From: Azolla caroliniana | Lineage: Eukaryota > Plantae > Polypodiophyta | DNA length: 64,000 bases | Reading direction: 5' to 3' | Assembly: GCA_043228905.1 (NCBI GenBank) | Contig: JBHGNT010000005.1 | Span: forward strand, 13,330,001-13,394,000 | Part shown: positions 12,151-24,839 of the stretch, in pieces | How the letters are laid out: every line of letters begins with the position of its first letter | How positions within the stretch are numbered: the stretch's first letter is position 1 | The notes under the pieces: model-generated | Told to the model about the DNA's origin: nothing | The model's database searches: none | Seen by the model: only the letters and a program-made list of their open reading frames with translations | Program-made: the position numbers and the translations under genes

Positions 12151-14141
12151 CCAATGCGTTATCATCCATCTACAAGCTGGCATTCGTTGATTCTTGTTTC
12201 ATAGGCTCCGCGCTCACCGCATTTGCTTTTTCTACCCAGGCTTGGGTTGCTTTGCGTATCTCATCTTGTTCTACCCATTTTGTGTTTTTCCCCTATTGCC
12301 GCATTGTGACCTGTTGGACTTCTGTCGTGATTGTATTTATGGTTGGTTCCTTACCTTTGCGATGCGAACACTCTATCATGTAATGACTGGGCTATTGGCA
12401 CACAAAACAATGTATGCTTGACTCGCCTCTCTCTACAATTGGTGGTGTATTGGTTTTTACCGGTACGGCTTGCTCTTCCTAGGTTTGCTGAATTCACCTA
12501 TTATTCTAGGGTTGTTGACGATATTCTTGGCGTGACTCTAGGCATTGTTCTCTTCTGAACTTTCCTCATAAAGGCGTTGGTCCCTAGGCGGACAATTGTT
12601 ACCATTTGGACTAGGTTCGTTGAATCCTCCACGATTGTTGGTAGCTCGTCGATTATCGTACTACAGGTGTGGGCTTGTTCAGCATATTGTACTCACATTG
12701 ATCCACCGTGTGTGCCCGTGAGTGTATTCTCATATTACATTCAATTGCGGAATGCCCAGAGTTTAAACAAATTGTGCACTGAATGGCCTAGCGGAATCAA
12801 TATTCCTCTTCTTGAGGCAACGCCTGCCATAGCGATGCCATGGACAGTCCTTCATCTTCCTCTTCTAACTCGAGCTATAATGCTCGCTTGATGACCATAT
12901 CCGACGTCTCCCCTTTCACACTGTGCGTGTTTAGCGTCGTCTTGATAGGTCATTGCAAAGCTACCAAAAATGTTTCCTTGGCCTCTTCATTTGTCGGGGT
13001 CCGTGTAAGGTTCCGCCATAAACTCTGGAAACGCAGACTGAAATCCGGATTCTGTTGGAAGTTGCTTGATGGTATAGACTTGGTCGATAATTTCACGTTG
13101 CGGCACCCTCCGATGAAAAAAACGCAAGAACGCCGATTGCAACTGGTCGAAGGTTGTGATTGATGCCAAATCCATCTGGGAATTCGAGCACGTAGCTCAA
13201 CCATCCAAAGTTAACCCGAATTCGATGATTTTCGATGCATGGGCTTCCGCCTCTGGAAACCGTTGCGCGATGTGATTAACATTCTAGACATTGAGGAACA
13301 ATCATATGTAGCTCGCATTGTCGGTTTCACCAAGAAGCGGGGGTATGAAAAAGTCATTCCGGTCGCGATGGTGACAGTCGACAAAAGAAAGCTACTGTCA
13401 CCGCGGTGTGGGCTACTGTGGCATTTGTTCGCACTACTTTGGTTGTGTGGCGATAAGACTTCGTGATCAAAGTTGCTCTGTTTTGTAAGCGTGGAGTCTA
13501 ACGTGTACTCCTGAAAAGAGGAGGTGCGGTCGCTGAGGTTGGGTTTCCGCGTAACGCATTCTTCTGTTTGTCTGGTGATGGATCTAGTTAGTGGTCAATA
13601 TTGTCGCGTAGGTTCTCTGATACGTCGGTGGCTAGATATCCATTCCTTTCTTGCTCGGTTGCAAGGATTCACAAATCACCAGGCATGCCAAAAGTGTTAC
13701 CAGTTAGGAACACATTCCACCCTCAGTCCTTCGGGGTAGTTTACAAGGTGATCGTGGTGCAAGGGAATAGGGATGGTGCGTGATTTGTAAGGCGTAATGG
13801 GGAGATGGCGACAACCTAACCTCCGTAGGGGTGTAGCACCCAACGCGTACTTAGCTAATGTTTATTGCAACACAATCTTGTATAGAGAACGAGAAACAGA
13901 AACAAGAAACCAATAGACCAATAGACAGAATACCAAGATCAGAGAAGATAAAACTATATTAAAACGACGCTCTCATAATACACTAGGTCTTTACAATGGT
14001 CTCTCGCCCCTTATATACACATGGCTTCTAATCGGTTATGCTCTCTACGTAAAACCATTACACACGTTACTTTAACACTCCTAATATAATACTCTATTTT
14101 CCATGCATTATGTCCGACAGTTACAATTCCGGTGGACAACA

Positions 14142-15900
14142 AATATACCCTTGTCTACTAACATGCTCAGGTAACCAAACACGGTTGAGTTCTTGTTTTC
14201 TCTTGCAGTGTTGTCAAGTTGCACGTATAGTACTGGTGGGAGTAAATGTTACCCTACCCATAAGAATATACGGGGAGGCATAAGGGTAGGTGTAATGATG
14301 TGGTTGATGTGTATGTGTAAAGTAAATGAGTGTGTGAGTATGTGTATGGACACATGCACAATTATGTGCATGTGTACAAGAATGTGTAACAGTCTTATTT
14401 ATAACGGTCATGTAACCATTACATTGGATGTATTATATAAACCCCTTATGGGCATGTAATGAGATACACTTTTTCCCTCTTATTTTGGTGTCATTCTTAT
14501 TTTCACTCTCTCTTTCTCTCTCTCTATGGTCACCCCCCACCCCAACAACAGTAAACCTTGCCAACTCTGCAAAACTCTTTGCATGACTATAACTTTAAGA
14601 TTACGGTCAATGTGGATATTTGGATAAGTTAAGAACACTTCAGGCCTTATTTCCTAACAATACAAAAGACATCCTACTAAATGCATCTGTACTAGGCATT
14701 CATCTCCAATATCCTTGGGCAACCTTCGAAAATGTCGCAAACAAGTTTTGTTCTGATCCATCCCATCAATAATCAAGCACGTGTATCTTTCTGGCGATTG
14801 AAGCACTTTTTGACGATGGTGCATAACTTTAGATCTTTCCAACACTTGGCTTTCTCGATGAGCTCTCTCAATAAAGTCTTATATTTTGTTATTTCGTCAT
14901 CTATTGTCCCACTCTTTGCCAAACTTTTTCAACTCGCACAGATTGAACAAACACCCATCCGAACCTTGCGGGGTATGACCACATTGTTAAACTTTGATCT
15001 CCATAGACGATTAAAATGCTGATATTGTATATAAGGTACACTTTCCAATAACATGTCATCCTTATAGGCTTGGTATACCTCATGACGAATGAAGTTATCT
15101 GACAAATGTAACCTTCCAGTGGTGGGCATAACATCACATTGTTTCGAGAAAGAAATCTCCATCCATTTAACAACATGTTTGTATTGTTGAAAGGCACCCA
15201 CCACCCCTTCAGTAATCGATGTTGAATTCTTTGTAGCCTCATGTTCCCGATGCTATAAGAAATTTTAAAAACAACTCGACAACTCTTCGTAGTAAGTGAA
15301 AGGTAATATTCCACATGTGGAAACCACGACACTGCCAGATGGTCCTTAACAAGTTGCATATTGGCAATCAAGAATGCATCTTGCTCGTTGTCATTGAGAG
15401 ACAAATACTTTTGTCAGAACCCCCGCAAGTTTGCCTTTCCAAATTTTGATAGACAAAGGCTACCACAACATACCTTGCATATGTCAATTGAAATTTGTCG
15501 ATACGAACACAAAAAATTATATCGTTTAACACTCACTTGTCAAGGAACTCTATGAAAATTTAGAGGCTGATTGACACAGTCTTCATTAGCATTCAATAAA
15601 CTAGACTCGACATGAGTTGTATCTACTTTAATATATCTTGTTTTACCTAAGTTTAATGGCTCTATCGAAAACATTGACGTCCAACTTTCCTCTTGATCGT
15701 TGTTGGTCTTAACATGGCACCTTTTATTATTAACATGGTTATATTCCTCGATTGATAATAAGGAGTTATCAGATAATATAACATGCTCAATAGAAAACTG
15801 AGAATTTTCACTTGACTTTGAGGATATTTTGCTCAAGGCTAAGTACACAAACAATGTCCAAAATAGGCACAAGCTTGGTTCTATAAAAAGCACCATGTCC
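14142..15900 (-). pseudogene. Sola-like DDD transposase, N-terminal and catalytic part (split by a solo LTR)
   Basis: CSIC, LIIDGMDQNKTCL, and across the solo LTR LPPVLYVQLDNTARENKNSTVFGYLSMLVDKGIF. Confidence 0.7.
14247..14550 (+). repeat. Solo LTR (E-related), 5-bp TSD GTAAA
   Basis: TGTTACC..CAACAACA, with GTAAA at 14242-14246 and 14551-14555. Resembles the reverse complement of the E LTRs (AACCCCTTATGGG core). Confidence 0.85.
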
Positions 15901-17139
15901 AAAAACATATTTTTTATTTTTTTAAAAAATATTTAAAAATATTTTTAAAAATAGGCAAAACAAATTATATAAAGGGAAGTCATCTTCTATTTCTCATTAT
16001 CACATTCAAGCATAAGAAGAGCACAGGTGCACAAGAGCAGTTAGCGACCAAAATAGTCAAGTTTTTGCCTCCCTGGTCAAGTCAACATCTCCGTCATCAA
16101 CATGAACAAGGGAAAGAAAATTGCCGGGTATGTTTTCCAACCCAACATTTTAGATTCCAAAAAGATTCCTTAAAGATTTTTTTTTGTTTTATTCATTTTT
16201 TGCTTCCATACTAGAGGTGTATCCCTTTCAACGAGAACTCAATGCACTGCATCGAGTTCCCGTTCTTCAAGAGTGTGCCTTTCAATGGGAACTTGATGCA
16301 CTACATTGAGTTCTCGTTGAAATATGGGCTTTTCATGATCAATACATCAGATTTGGTGAAATTGTTTGTTGTTTTTTGGTCTATTTCTTCAAGATTTTTA
16401 TGTAACATTCTATACAAAAACGTATGATTTTCGCAAATTTTTACCTGAGTTAAAACGTCTATATTGTTATTGTGAGTTTACAAAAATTTTAGATCTACCC
16501 TCATGTTTTTGAATTTTTGAATTCCTTTTTTTTTTTCGAAATTTTGGTTATTGTAATTTGATTCCGTGCCCTCAAGTTATTGTAATTGGGTTGATGCCCT
16601 TCCATTTTTTAATTTACTTGTATGCCCTCTCTTTCTTCTTTCTTGTAACTCCTTCATTCTTCCTCCTCCTCTTACTTGATTTCTTCTCCTCTAATTTTCT
16701 ATCTTAAATTTTGTTCCTATTTTGTCTTTGTCTTCTATCTTCCTCTTATAGTCTACTTCACCATCTTCATCTTCTTGTTTGTCGGTCCCAGTCATCTCAG
16801 TCCATCCGATGTGTCTTTGTATGGTTGTCTCCACTGACTATCCAGTCGTTGTCTGGCTGCAATCTGGATGCCACTCGGCCATTATACACCACTGTCTAGC
16901 CAATCGTGGTTGCTATTCGACCGCCACTCGGCCACTATCGACCACTATCCGGCTAATTGCCAACACTCGGCCGTTGTTCAGCCAATCGTTGTTGTTCCAT
17001 CACCACTTCGCCACTGTCCGACCAATTGCCACTATTCGGCCACCACTTGGCTACTATTCGGCCGTTGTCTGGTCCCTATTCGGCCACCACTTGGCAGTTG
17101 TTTGGACACTACTGGATGAATCACCACCGGCACTCAACA

Positions 17140-17375
17140 ACTTATCAAACACAAGGTGGAGAAGATGAATTCTTTCACTGAGTCGCTAAATTCCTATTAG
17201 AAGTAGCATTCATAAGTCCACGATTTTATTGCATGCCTAAAAAGAAAGCAGGCTTGATCATATCAACATATGAATGGGAGGTGTTCGACTGGGGACTCTT
17301 GACGGCAGAAGTGCTCAGAGACCAGCGCAATGGGGTGCAAGGCGGAAAACCCATGAAGCCAATATTCACCAAATG
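17140..17375 (+). pseudogene. Extra-ORF N-terminal domain fragment
   Basis: YQTQGGEDEFFH*VAKFLLEVAF..MPKKKAGLIISTYE..DWGLLTAEVL. Confidence 0.7.
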
Positions 17376-17875
17376 GACTACTGAGACTGACCGCACAATA
17401 GGGTCGAACATTGTATCAAGAAACTATGGAGTTACGAAGGGAACACGAACTCGATTACTAGGTATCTTATGATATCATATCGACGTATCGTGATTGATTA
17501 ATTGACATAATATCGTTGTAAGCAGAATATAACTGAGTTGAATAGAACAATAGATTACTCAGAAAATATGCAACACATATTTCTACTAACTAATAACTAT
17601 ATTAAACTCAAAATAGAATGATAGTGTTACAATGTTTTTGGCTCCATTTAGAGGTAACTGAAAGACAAACTCAAGAAGAATTAAATCTTGCCTCGTCGAC
17701 AAGAACTATCCAAAAATTCTAACTAACTTTACTATCTAGAATTATTTTTATTTAGTCGGCAAAAACGCTGACTCATTGATCTGGCTTGTCGATCTGACTC
17801 TGACTCTATCTTTCCCGAACATTGTCGACTCCAACGCTTCCATACTTGTCCGACTCTTACCTTGACTAACTAACA
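17376..17875 (-). repeat. LTR of family H (solo-like, left end eroded)
   Basis: Reverse complement of 39076-39580; ends ..CTAACTAACA. Confidence 0.8.
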
Positions 17876-18071
17876 TTTTTCCAACAATCGACTTTGATAG
17901 CTCGATACTCAGTCGTAGTTTTCCCAATTTCGGCCAGTTCGGCCTTCACTTTTGTTTCGAAGTTCACCGACTTGAACAAAATTTCGATTTCTTCAAAAAC
18001 TTTATATAAATTTGTATTGTACATTTATTTCGATTTACAGATTTTCGATGTATACACCCATTACAGGGGAG

Positions 18072-18326
18072 TGTTTAATGTGGTTCTCTAATGTATGTAT
18101 TCACATTGTCTCCTTTTGTACACACTACGTTTAGGCTATTTATGTAAATAGTTAGAAGAGTAGTTGCCCTAAGTTAGTGAGTATATATACTTTGTGACCT
18201 AGTTGAATGGTTGTTGCAAATATAGTTCATCTTGTGCCTAACATCTCTCTCTCTTGCATTCTTGTTGATCTTCCTTCTTGATTATGTTCTAGTTGCCATC
18301 AATATTCTTCAATGCATCTATTAACG
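18072..18326 (+). repeat. Possible copia-type 3' LTR remnant
   Basis: Preceded by ACAGGGGAG; starts TGTT and ends TTAACG; no partner LTR in the window. Confidence 0.35.
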
Positions 18327-18551
18327 ATCTCCTCATTGAAGAGTGTTAAGATTGTTCCGCACCTAGATGGTCACGTTCTCAACAAGCTCTTCCTACGACA
18401 TTTCTTGCATAGGGCCTTCAACCATATCTCTGGCAGGAGCAATACTAAGACTGAGAAGTACTATCAGGAACAATACTAAGATAGAGAAGGAATTAGTACT
18501 AAAAGATGAGGATTAGTACTAAGGGAGGTGGAGAACTCTCGAGAGAAGGAA

Positions 18552-18600
<49 letters not shown>

Positions 18601-19170
18601 AAGAGAATGATGATAAGAAAAGATATATATTATTGTAAGAGAATATACAATAGTAGCTAGGTGGCTTAAGACTGGTGTTGAACCGATTTGGTTCGAAATA
18701 ATGCCTTGTGCCTCCTTTTATAGTGTTTTGAGGAGTACTCCGGAAGTTTCTAGAATGTTCTAGAGAAATCTAGAATATACATCAATTTTCTATAGTAAAA
18801 CTTAAATGAAAATAATGTTTTTTGGATTATAAGATATATTCTAATGGTTAAAAGCTCGACCCATGTAACATAAGGTAATGGGTTCGAGTCTTGCCATATC
18901 ATGACACTATTCCCCTTTTAAAACGACGAGTGTCATGAGTCCTTTTGTATTGAGGACCCGGTTTGTCTGAATATTGACGATGGAAGTCTTCAAGAAGAGC
19001 ACGAGCATTGTTCATATTCTCTATTGGTTCTCAAGTACGCTCACTGGGATTATATCCTAGCCAATCGACTAAATAGTAGAGCTTGTTGCGAACAATCTTG
19101 GAATCGAGGATGGCGGCAACCTCGTACTCAGGTCCATCTTCAAGTTAGATCAGGAGTGGAGGTTGTTTAA

Positions 19171-19872
19171 TGTTGGGAGACAGGTCCCTCCGGATGGGAA
19201 GGGAGAAGAATAGTGCCGACGAACAAACTCGGCCAAGGCCGAAACGGTATGATGAGTACACGGCTACGGAGAGCCAGATGATACAGGCCTGGTATGAACC
19301 GGATGAAGAGTACCCGGCTACGGAGAGCCGGATGGTGCAGGCCCGGTATGAACCGGATGAAGAGTACCCGGCTACGGAGAGCCGGATGGTGCAGGCCCGG
19401 TATGAACCGGAGGAAGAGACATATTCGTAAATATGTTTCTGAGAGCCCATCGAGGCTATATTTGTAAATAGCCGAAAAGTCATATTAGTATAAATATGAC
19501 TTAGGGCAAACTTTTAGTAACTGTTGTAGTTGTCATTTTTCTTGTTGGTGCAAGAAAAAGGAGAGTGTGCGTAACTGTACAGAGAGGGAGAGAGAGACGA
19601 GGTCGTTGCCTCTGTTGTAACCGCCGCCTGTGGCGAAGATCGTGAGTTCGAGGTTGTTGCCTCCGTGTACTCACTGTTTTGTACATTCATACATAGTGAC
19701 AGTTTGCAGCCCGTGGGCTGCCGTGGTTTTTCCCCTAGTTTGGGGTTTTCCACGTTAACCTCCTGTGTACCATTTCTCTTCTTTGTGTCATGTTCTACTT
19801 TCCGTTTTCTGTGTATGAAAGAAGCTCGGTTGTGGCCGAGCGTAGCGCATAAGGAACGTTGGGTTCCCGACA
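19171..19872 (+). repeat. Solo LTR, 5-bp TSD TTTAA, inside the chromovirus integrase
   Basis: TGTTGGGAG..TCCCGACA with TTTAA on both sides. Contains three 54-bp tandem units at 19256-19417. Confidence 0.93.
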
Positions 19873-22800
19873 TTTAATACGACTTGGGATGGTGCTATCT
19901 TGATAGGTTTTGAGGAGATAACTATGAAACACCAGATGTATCCGAAGTTCTGGAGGTAGATCGAGACAAAAAGCGACATCATTAATTTTTCTGATAATAT
20001 AGAAAGGACCTAATTGCGGATAATCCAACTACTCGCATGGGTGAGTAGTCTTGATGTGTCGTCGAAGTGGCCATACCCGATCTCCAATGTTAAAACTGGA
20101 TGGAAGCCGATGATGATCCACGTCAACCTTGTGTGTTTGTTGAGCTTGTTGTAGATGAGTAGATAAATCTGCTTGTATGTTGTGTAACCACTCCAAACAA
20201 TCCTCTCTAAAAGGATTTGTGGGTAACTCTGGGGTTTCAAATGCACACCACCGGGGGTGACAACCCGTATAAGCATAAAATGGTGCAACCTTTGTTGATG
20301 AGTGGATAGAGTTATTATATGCAAATTTGGCGAAGTGGAGAATATCTGCCCAGTCATCTTGATGATAGCTTTGAAAGCAGCGTTTGATTTGTTCGTTCTG
20401 CTTGGCCGTCAGTTTGCGGGTGGTAGCCGGAGGAGAGGTTACAAGTGACCTTGATCATTTTAAAGAGGTGCTTCCAGAATTTCGAGAAGAACTAGGGTCC
20501 CCGGTCACTGATGATATTTTCAGGAAGGCCATGATGCCAACATACTTCACGCATGACAGTTTCGGCGGTTTCCTCACTGGAGATTTCCTTCGTACATGGT
20601 AGAAAATGGGCCACCTTCGTATATCGATCTACTACTATGATGAAATCTAGAGCAATGGGTTGTCACGGCTTGCTTGGAATTGGTAATGGTTCTAATAAAC
20701 CATATGGATGATGCCTTGGCATTTTTGCTCTGCAACATGTATCACAAGTCCGAACAAAATCTTCAACAAATTGTTCCATATGGGGCCACGAGAATGATCG
20801 TTGTACTAACTCTAATGTTTTAGTACTACCAAAATGCCCAACTGTATATGTCCCATGAAGGTTTTGGACTAATTGAAGGCGACAAGAACCATTAGGAACA
20901 TACAAGAGTTTCTTAAAGAATAGTAATCCATCATGACATTCGAATTGTCGATAGTCCGTACTTGGTTGTTGCAACTATGAACAAGATGCTCGAGAGGGAT
21001 CAATTTGTGCTAGAATGGCTTGGGAGAAAGCATCTGTCTTCAAGTCCTCACGTATGGTATCGATAACATGGGAATCCAAGGGCATTCTGAAGACCTACGT
21101 TGCTTGCAGTCGTGTTGGTCCCAGGATTACTTGCTTTTGGTTATCGAAAGTTGGCTCACCATGACGGGGTGCTAGATACGAGCATCGTGATAATGCATTT
21201 GCCTTCCCTTGTTGCTTCCCCGGACAATATATAATTTTGAAGTCGAAATCAGTGAGGAATTGGGCCACCGAGGTTGATGTCGATTTAACACACGAGCATT
21301 CTAAAAGTAAGCAAGGTTTTTGTGATCATTGAATACGGTGATTTGATGAGAAGATCCCTCTAGAAAATGCCTCCATTGCATAAAAGAGTCCACTATTGCT
21401 AATAGCTCCTTATCATGAATTTCATTGTTGATTTCGGTGGCGTCAAACTTGCGTGAGTGGAAAGCCACATGATGGAGCTTTTCATTATCGCCTTGTTGTG
21501 ACAGAATGCTACCCATTCATCTCCTTGTCGGATCCCTCCGAGGTTATATGCTCCTTGTAAGTCGATCTTTGTGAAGAACCTTGCACCATTGATCTGTTCT
21601 AAAAGACTTGAGATAAGGGGAAGTGCATACCTATTCCTGATGGTGACCTTATTCAAGCCACGGTAATCTACGACGAGATGAAGTGATCCATCCTTTTTCT
21701 TGACGAAGAAAATGGGTGCCCCGGTTGGAGATTTTGAATGTTGAATGAAACCATTTGCCAAATTCTCCTCTATATAGGCTCGAAAGACTTCTAGCTCGGC
21801 TGGTGACAAATTGTAGATCAGTCCCCATGGTCACTCTTTTCCCGGTTTTAAATCGATGGAACAATCATACGGTCGATGGTGAGGAAGCATATTGGCTTGT
21901 ACTTTATTGAACACATCAGCATAATGACGATACTTCTCTCGAAGTTGAACAGTGGACTCCTCTTTAGTGGTGTTGGAGGGTTTTACTGATACCACGAAGA
22001 GAAACATTTCTTCCTTGTGTCCTTCCTCACGCAACTGATGTAGCGAAATAGTTGCAATCTTATAAGTAGATCCTCGGGTTTGTCGATATTGGATTTCTCT
22101 TGTTCTCCAATCTATGATTGGGTTATGTAATTCGAACCATGGTAATCCCAAAACAATGGGATGTTCTGGGATACTAATTATATTAAAGGATACTACACAC
22201 ACTAAATTATCTAGGACAATATTAACGGGTTGTGACTCTTCTATGATATTTCCGGAAGCAATAGGATGACCATCAATGGCTACTACAGAGCCTGGCCACG
22301 GGAGTTTTCTTAGGGATATCTTATGAGCTTGGGCAAAATTCCTATCCATGAAGCAAGAATTAGCTCCGAAGTCTAGGAGTGTTGAGACATGTACTGGAGA
22401 GATACTTTAGTACTAACGGTTACTTGGGCTAAGAACACATTGCTAACTTGCTTAGAGGGAATGTAACCACTAATGGGCTGCATAGATCTAGGGTTGTCCA
22501 ACGTAAACGACTCCTATTTTCGCTGGACTTAGTCGTTTAACTCTTCTTCTAATTGACTAAGGACATCAAATTTGTTCGATAGATTTGGGCTATTAGTACT
22601 ACTAGGCTATCATATATTCCTACTGAAATAGACTCGAGTTTAATACAATTAGAACTAGCAACTATTTGGTTCACCTGTCTTATTGTCCTATGGGGACAGT
22701 TCACTACAATATGCCATGGTTCACCGCAATAAAGACATAGTCTATTTGCTCGGCGTCGCTGCTTCTCTTCTTCCGATAATGGTCCGTCACGACGTGTAGT

Positions 22801-23761
22801 ATCAATTTCCATCGGAGTTGGAGTATTCACCAGAGACACATTATATGACTCCCTTGGAAAAGGTTTTGCTACCACTTAGGCATAGGTGGGCTTTGATCTT
22901 GCCCTTGGCATCTGGAACTGACGTTCCAAATGTCGTTTGAAAAGACGATTGTCGCACCTCACCGTGCGACTGATTGCTTCTGTCAATGACTTTGGTTCTT
23001 CGGGGAAGGTCAAGAGTAAATCCTTGACATCGTTACGTATACCATAACAAAATTTCTCCATAAGTGCTTGGTCATTCTAGGGGATATCGGAGGCGAGTAG
23101 GCGGAAATCTGCAGCGTATGTGGAGGCTGGACGATCACCTTGACGTAATCGTCGGATTTTGTTGATTGTTGTCCTTATGCTGTCAGTATCTCCAAAACAG
23201 GCTTTAAACTCCCGTAATAACTCTTCAAAATTGTTCAGCAAAGGAGATTCCCTTTCTAAGAACGGAGCGAACCATGCCGAAGCTGAGCCACCTAACAACT
23301 TGCCTACTAAACCCACTTGTGATGCATTTGTGGGATATCGAGAAGGATGCATTTGAATGACTAATCGTACCTGATTAAGGAATCCTCTAAACTGCGATCG
23401 CATTCCATTGAATTTCATGAGAAGGCCGATCTTGGGTTCTTTATGAACCCCTTGCATACTGGGTCCTTGTTGTTGCATTGCTACTATGGTTGTTTCGAGC
23501 TGTTGCACATGTAACGCTAGTTCCCCGTGTTGTTGTTGCGTCTGGTGCTTCTCTAAGGAGATTTGTTGAAGCTCCCCCAACAGTCGTTGATTTTCTTGTT
23601 CCAATGCGAGAAACTTCTCTTTCAAGCATTGCAACTCCGAAAAAACAGATTGATATTCTTTAGCACTAACAGTGGCCATAGTATCAGAGAAAAGAGGAAT
23701 AAGAGATTAGTATGAAGGGAGGGAGAAGTAAGAAGATAAAGGAAGAGAAGGAAGGAGACGG

Positions 23762-23773
23762 AAATCGGTTCAA
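23762..23773 (-). promoter_or_regulatory. Self-priming PBS (Tf1/sushi type)
   Basis: Minus-strand TTGAACCGATTT, 2 nt after the 5' LTR, is complementary to LTR sequence 23998-24009, which lies about 33 nt downstream of TATAAAA (24036-24042). Confidence 0.8.
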
Positions 23774-24839
23774 ACTGTCAGGAGCATTACTAAGACAGAG
23801 AAGTATTGTGAGGAAAAGTACTAATAGAGAGAAGGAATTAGTACTAAAAGATGAGGATTAGTACTAAGGGAGGTGTACAACTCTCGAGAGAAGGAAAGAG
23901 TGAGTGATTGAGAGAGATCGAGAGAGAGAGAGACAGAGAATGATTATAACAAAAGACATATAATATACAATAGTAGCTAGGAAGCTTAAGACTGGCGTTG
24001 AACCGATTTGGTTCGAAATAATGCCTTGTGCCTCCTTTTATAGTGTTCTCAGAAGTACTACTGAAGTTTCTACAATGTTCTAGAGAAATCTAGAATATAC
24101 ATCAATTTTCTATAGTAAAACTTAAATGAAAATAATATCCTTTGTATTACAATATATACTCTAATGGTCAAGAGTTCGACCCATGTAACATAAGGTAATG
24201 GGTTCAAGTCTTGCCATATCATGACAATCTGTTGTCGTGGCACCAATGGAATTCGGGTGTGCATCTAAGGGTGGGTTCAACACCATGGTGACCTCTGGGA
24301 TTTCTTCTTGCAGGTGTTGTGGTATTTCTCTTCTGTCAGGGAGTATGATGGCGGCCACCCTTTTTCCTTCTTCTGCCTTCCTCTTGCTCCTTTTCAAATA
24401 ACTGGAGTTGGAGGGAGATGTCAAGTTGGCTATCTACGAACTCCTCTAGCAATTGTGCGATATCCTCGTAGTGGCGATCGGCCAGGGCTTGATAATCTTG
24501 CGTAAGGTTCTCATGGACCGTGGCAATGCTTTGTTCGTTAAGTTTGTAGAAGCCTTTCCCAGCTTTGTTGAAGAAGGCCGTGTTGATCCAAATTACACAA
24601 GCCGGGTAGAAAAGGGGAAATCATCCCAGGGGCTTCATTGTCAAAACTTGTATGATAGCATGTGAGTTCATCAAAAGGGGTTTTAATTAATCAGTGAGAT
24701 ACAGAATATATATATATGTGAGTTCATCAAAAGGGGTTTTAATTAATCAGTGAGATACATAATATATATATATAAGGGTATTAATAAAGATTTGAAAATA
24801 TATTTACATAAGGGTATTATCAATTATGCTGGAATTTGT

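Larger units (their letters stand above)
5949..14141 (-). mobile_element. Decayed non-chromovirus Ty3/gypsy element C (LTR-gag-PR-RT-RH-INT-extra ORF); 3' LTR missing
   Basis: Domain order on the minus strand: probable LTR about 13859-14141, gag 12500-13350, PR IVDGGSGVNII, RT FLDDF, INT LDFVSP..DYFTKWVEA..ISDQG, then the extra ORF. Same family as the element at 47620-64000. Confidence 0.88.
18431..24226 (-). mobile_element. Decayed Tcn1-like chromovirus (Ty3/gypsy), full length
   Basis: LTRs 18431-18906 and 23776-24226; TSD ATCTC/ATCTG (4/5); PPT at 18907-18920. Gag 22550-23679 has CLYCGEPWHIVVNC; RT shows an internal deletion; RH and INT present; chromodomain EYEVAAILDSK..YYLVDWLGY at about 18960-19140. 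Confidence 0.92.

Noticed and set aside
13800-13858. PBS of element C
   Set aside because: No convincing TGG-starting tRNA complement was found, and the LTR boundary is uncertain.
4190-16130. TIRs/TSD for the Sola-like element
   Set aside because: Only weak similarity between candidate ends; not supportable by eye.
19256-19417. 54-bp direct repeats as a CRISPR array
   Set aside because: There are no unique spacers; it is a tandem repeat within an LTR, also present at about 40400-40570.
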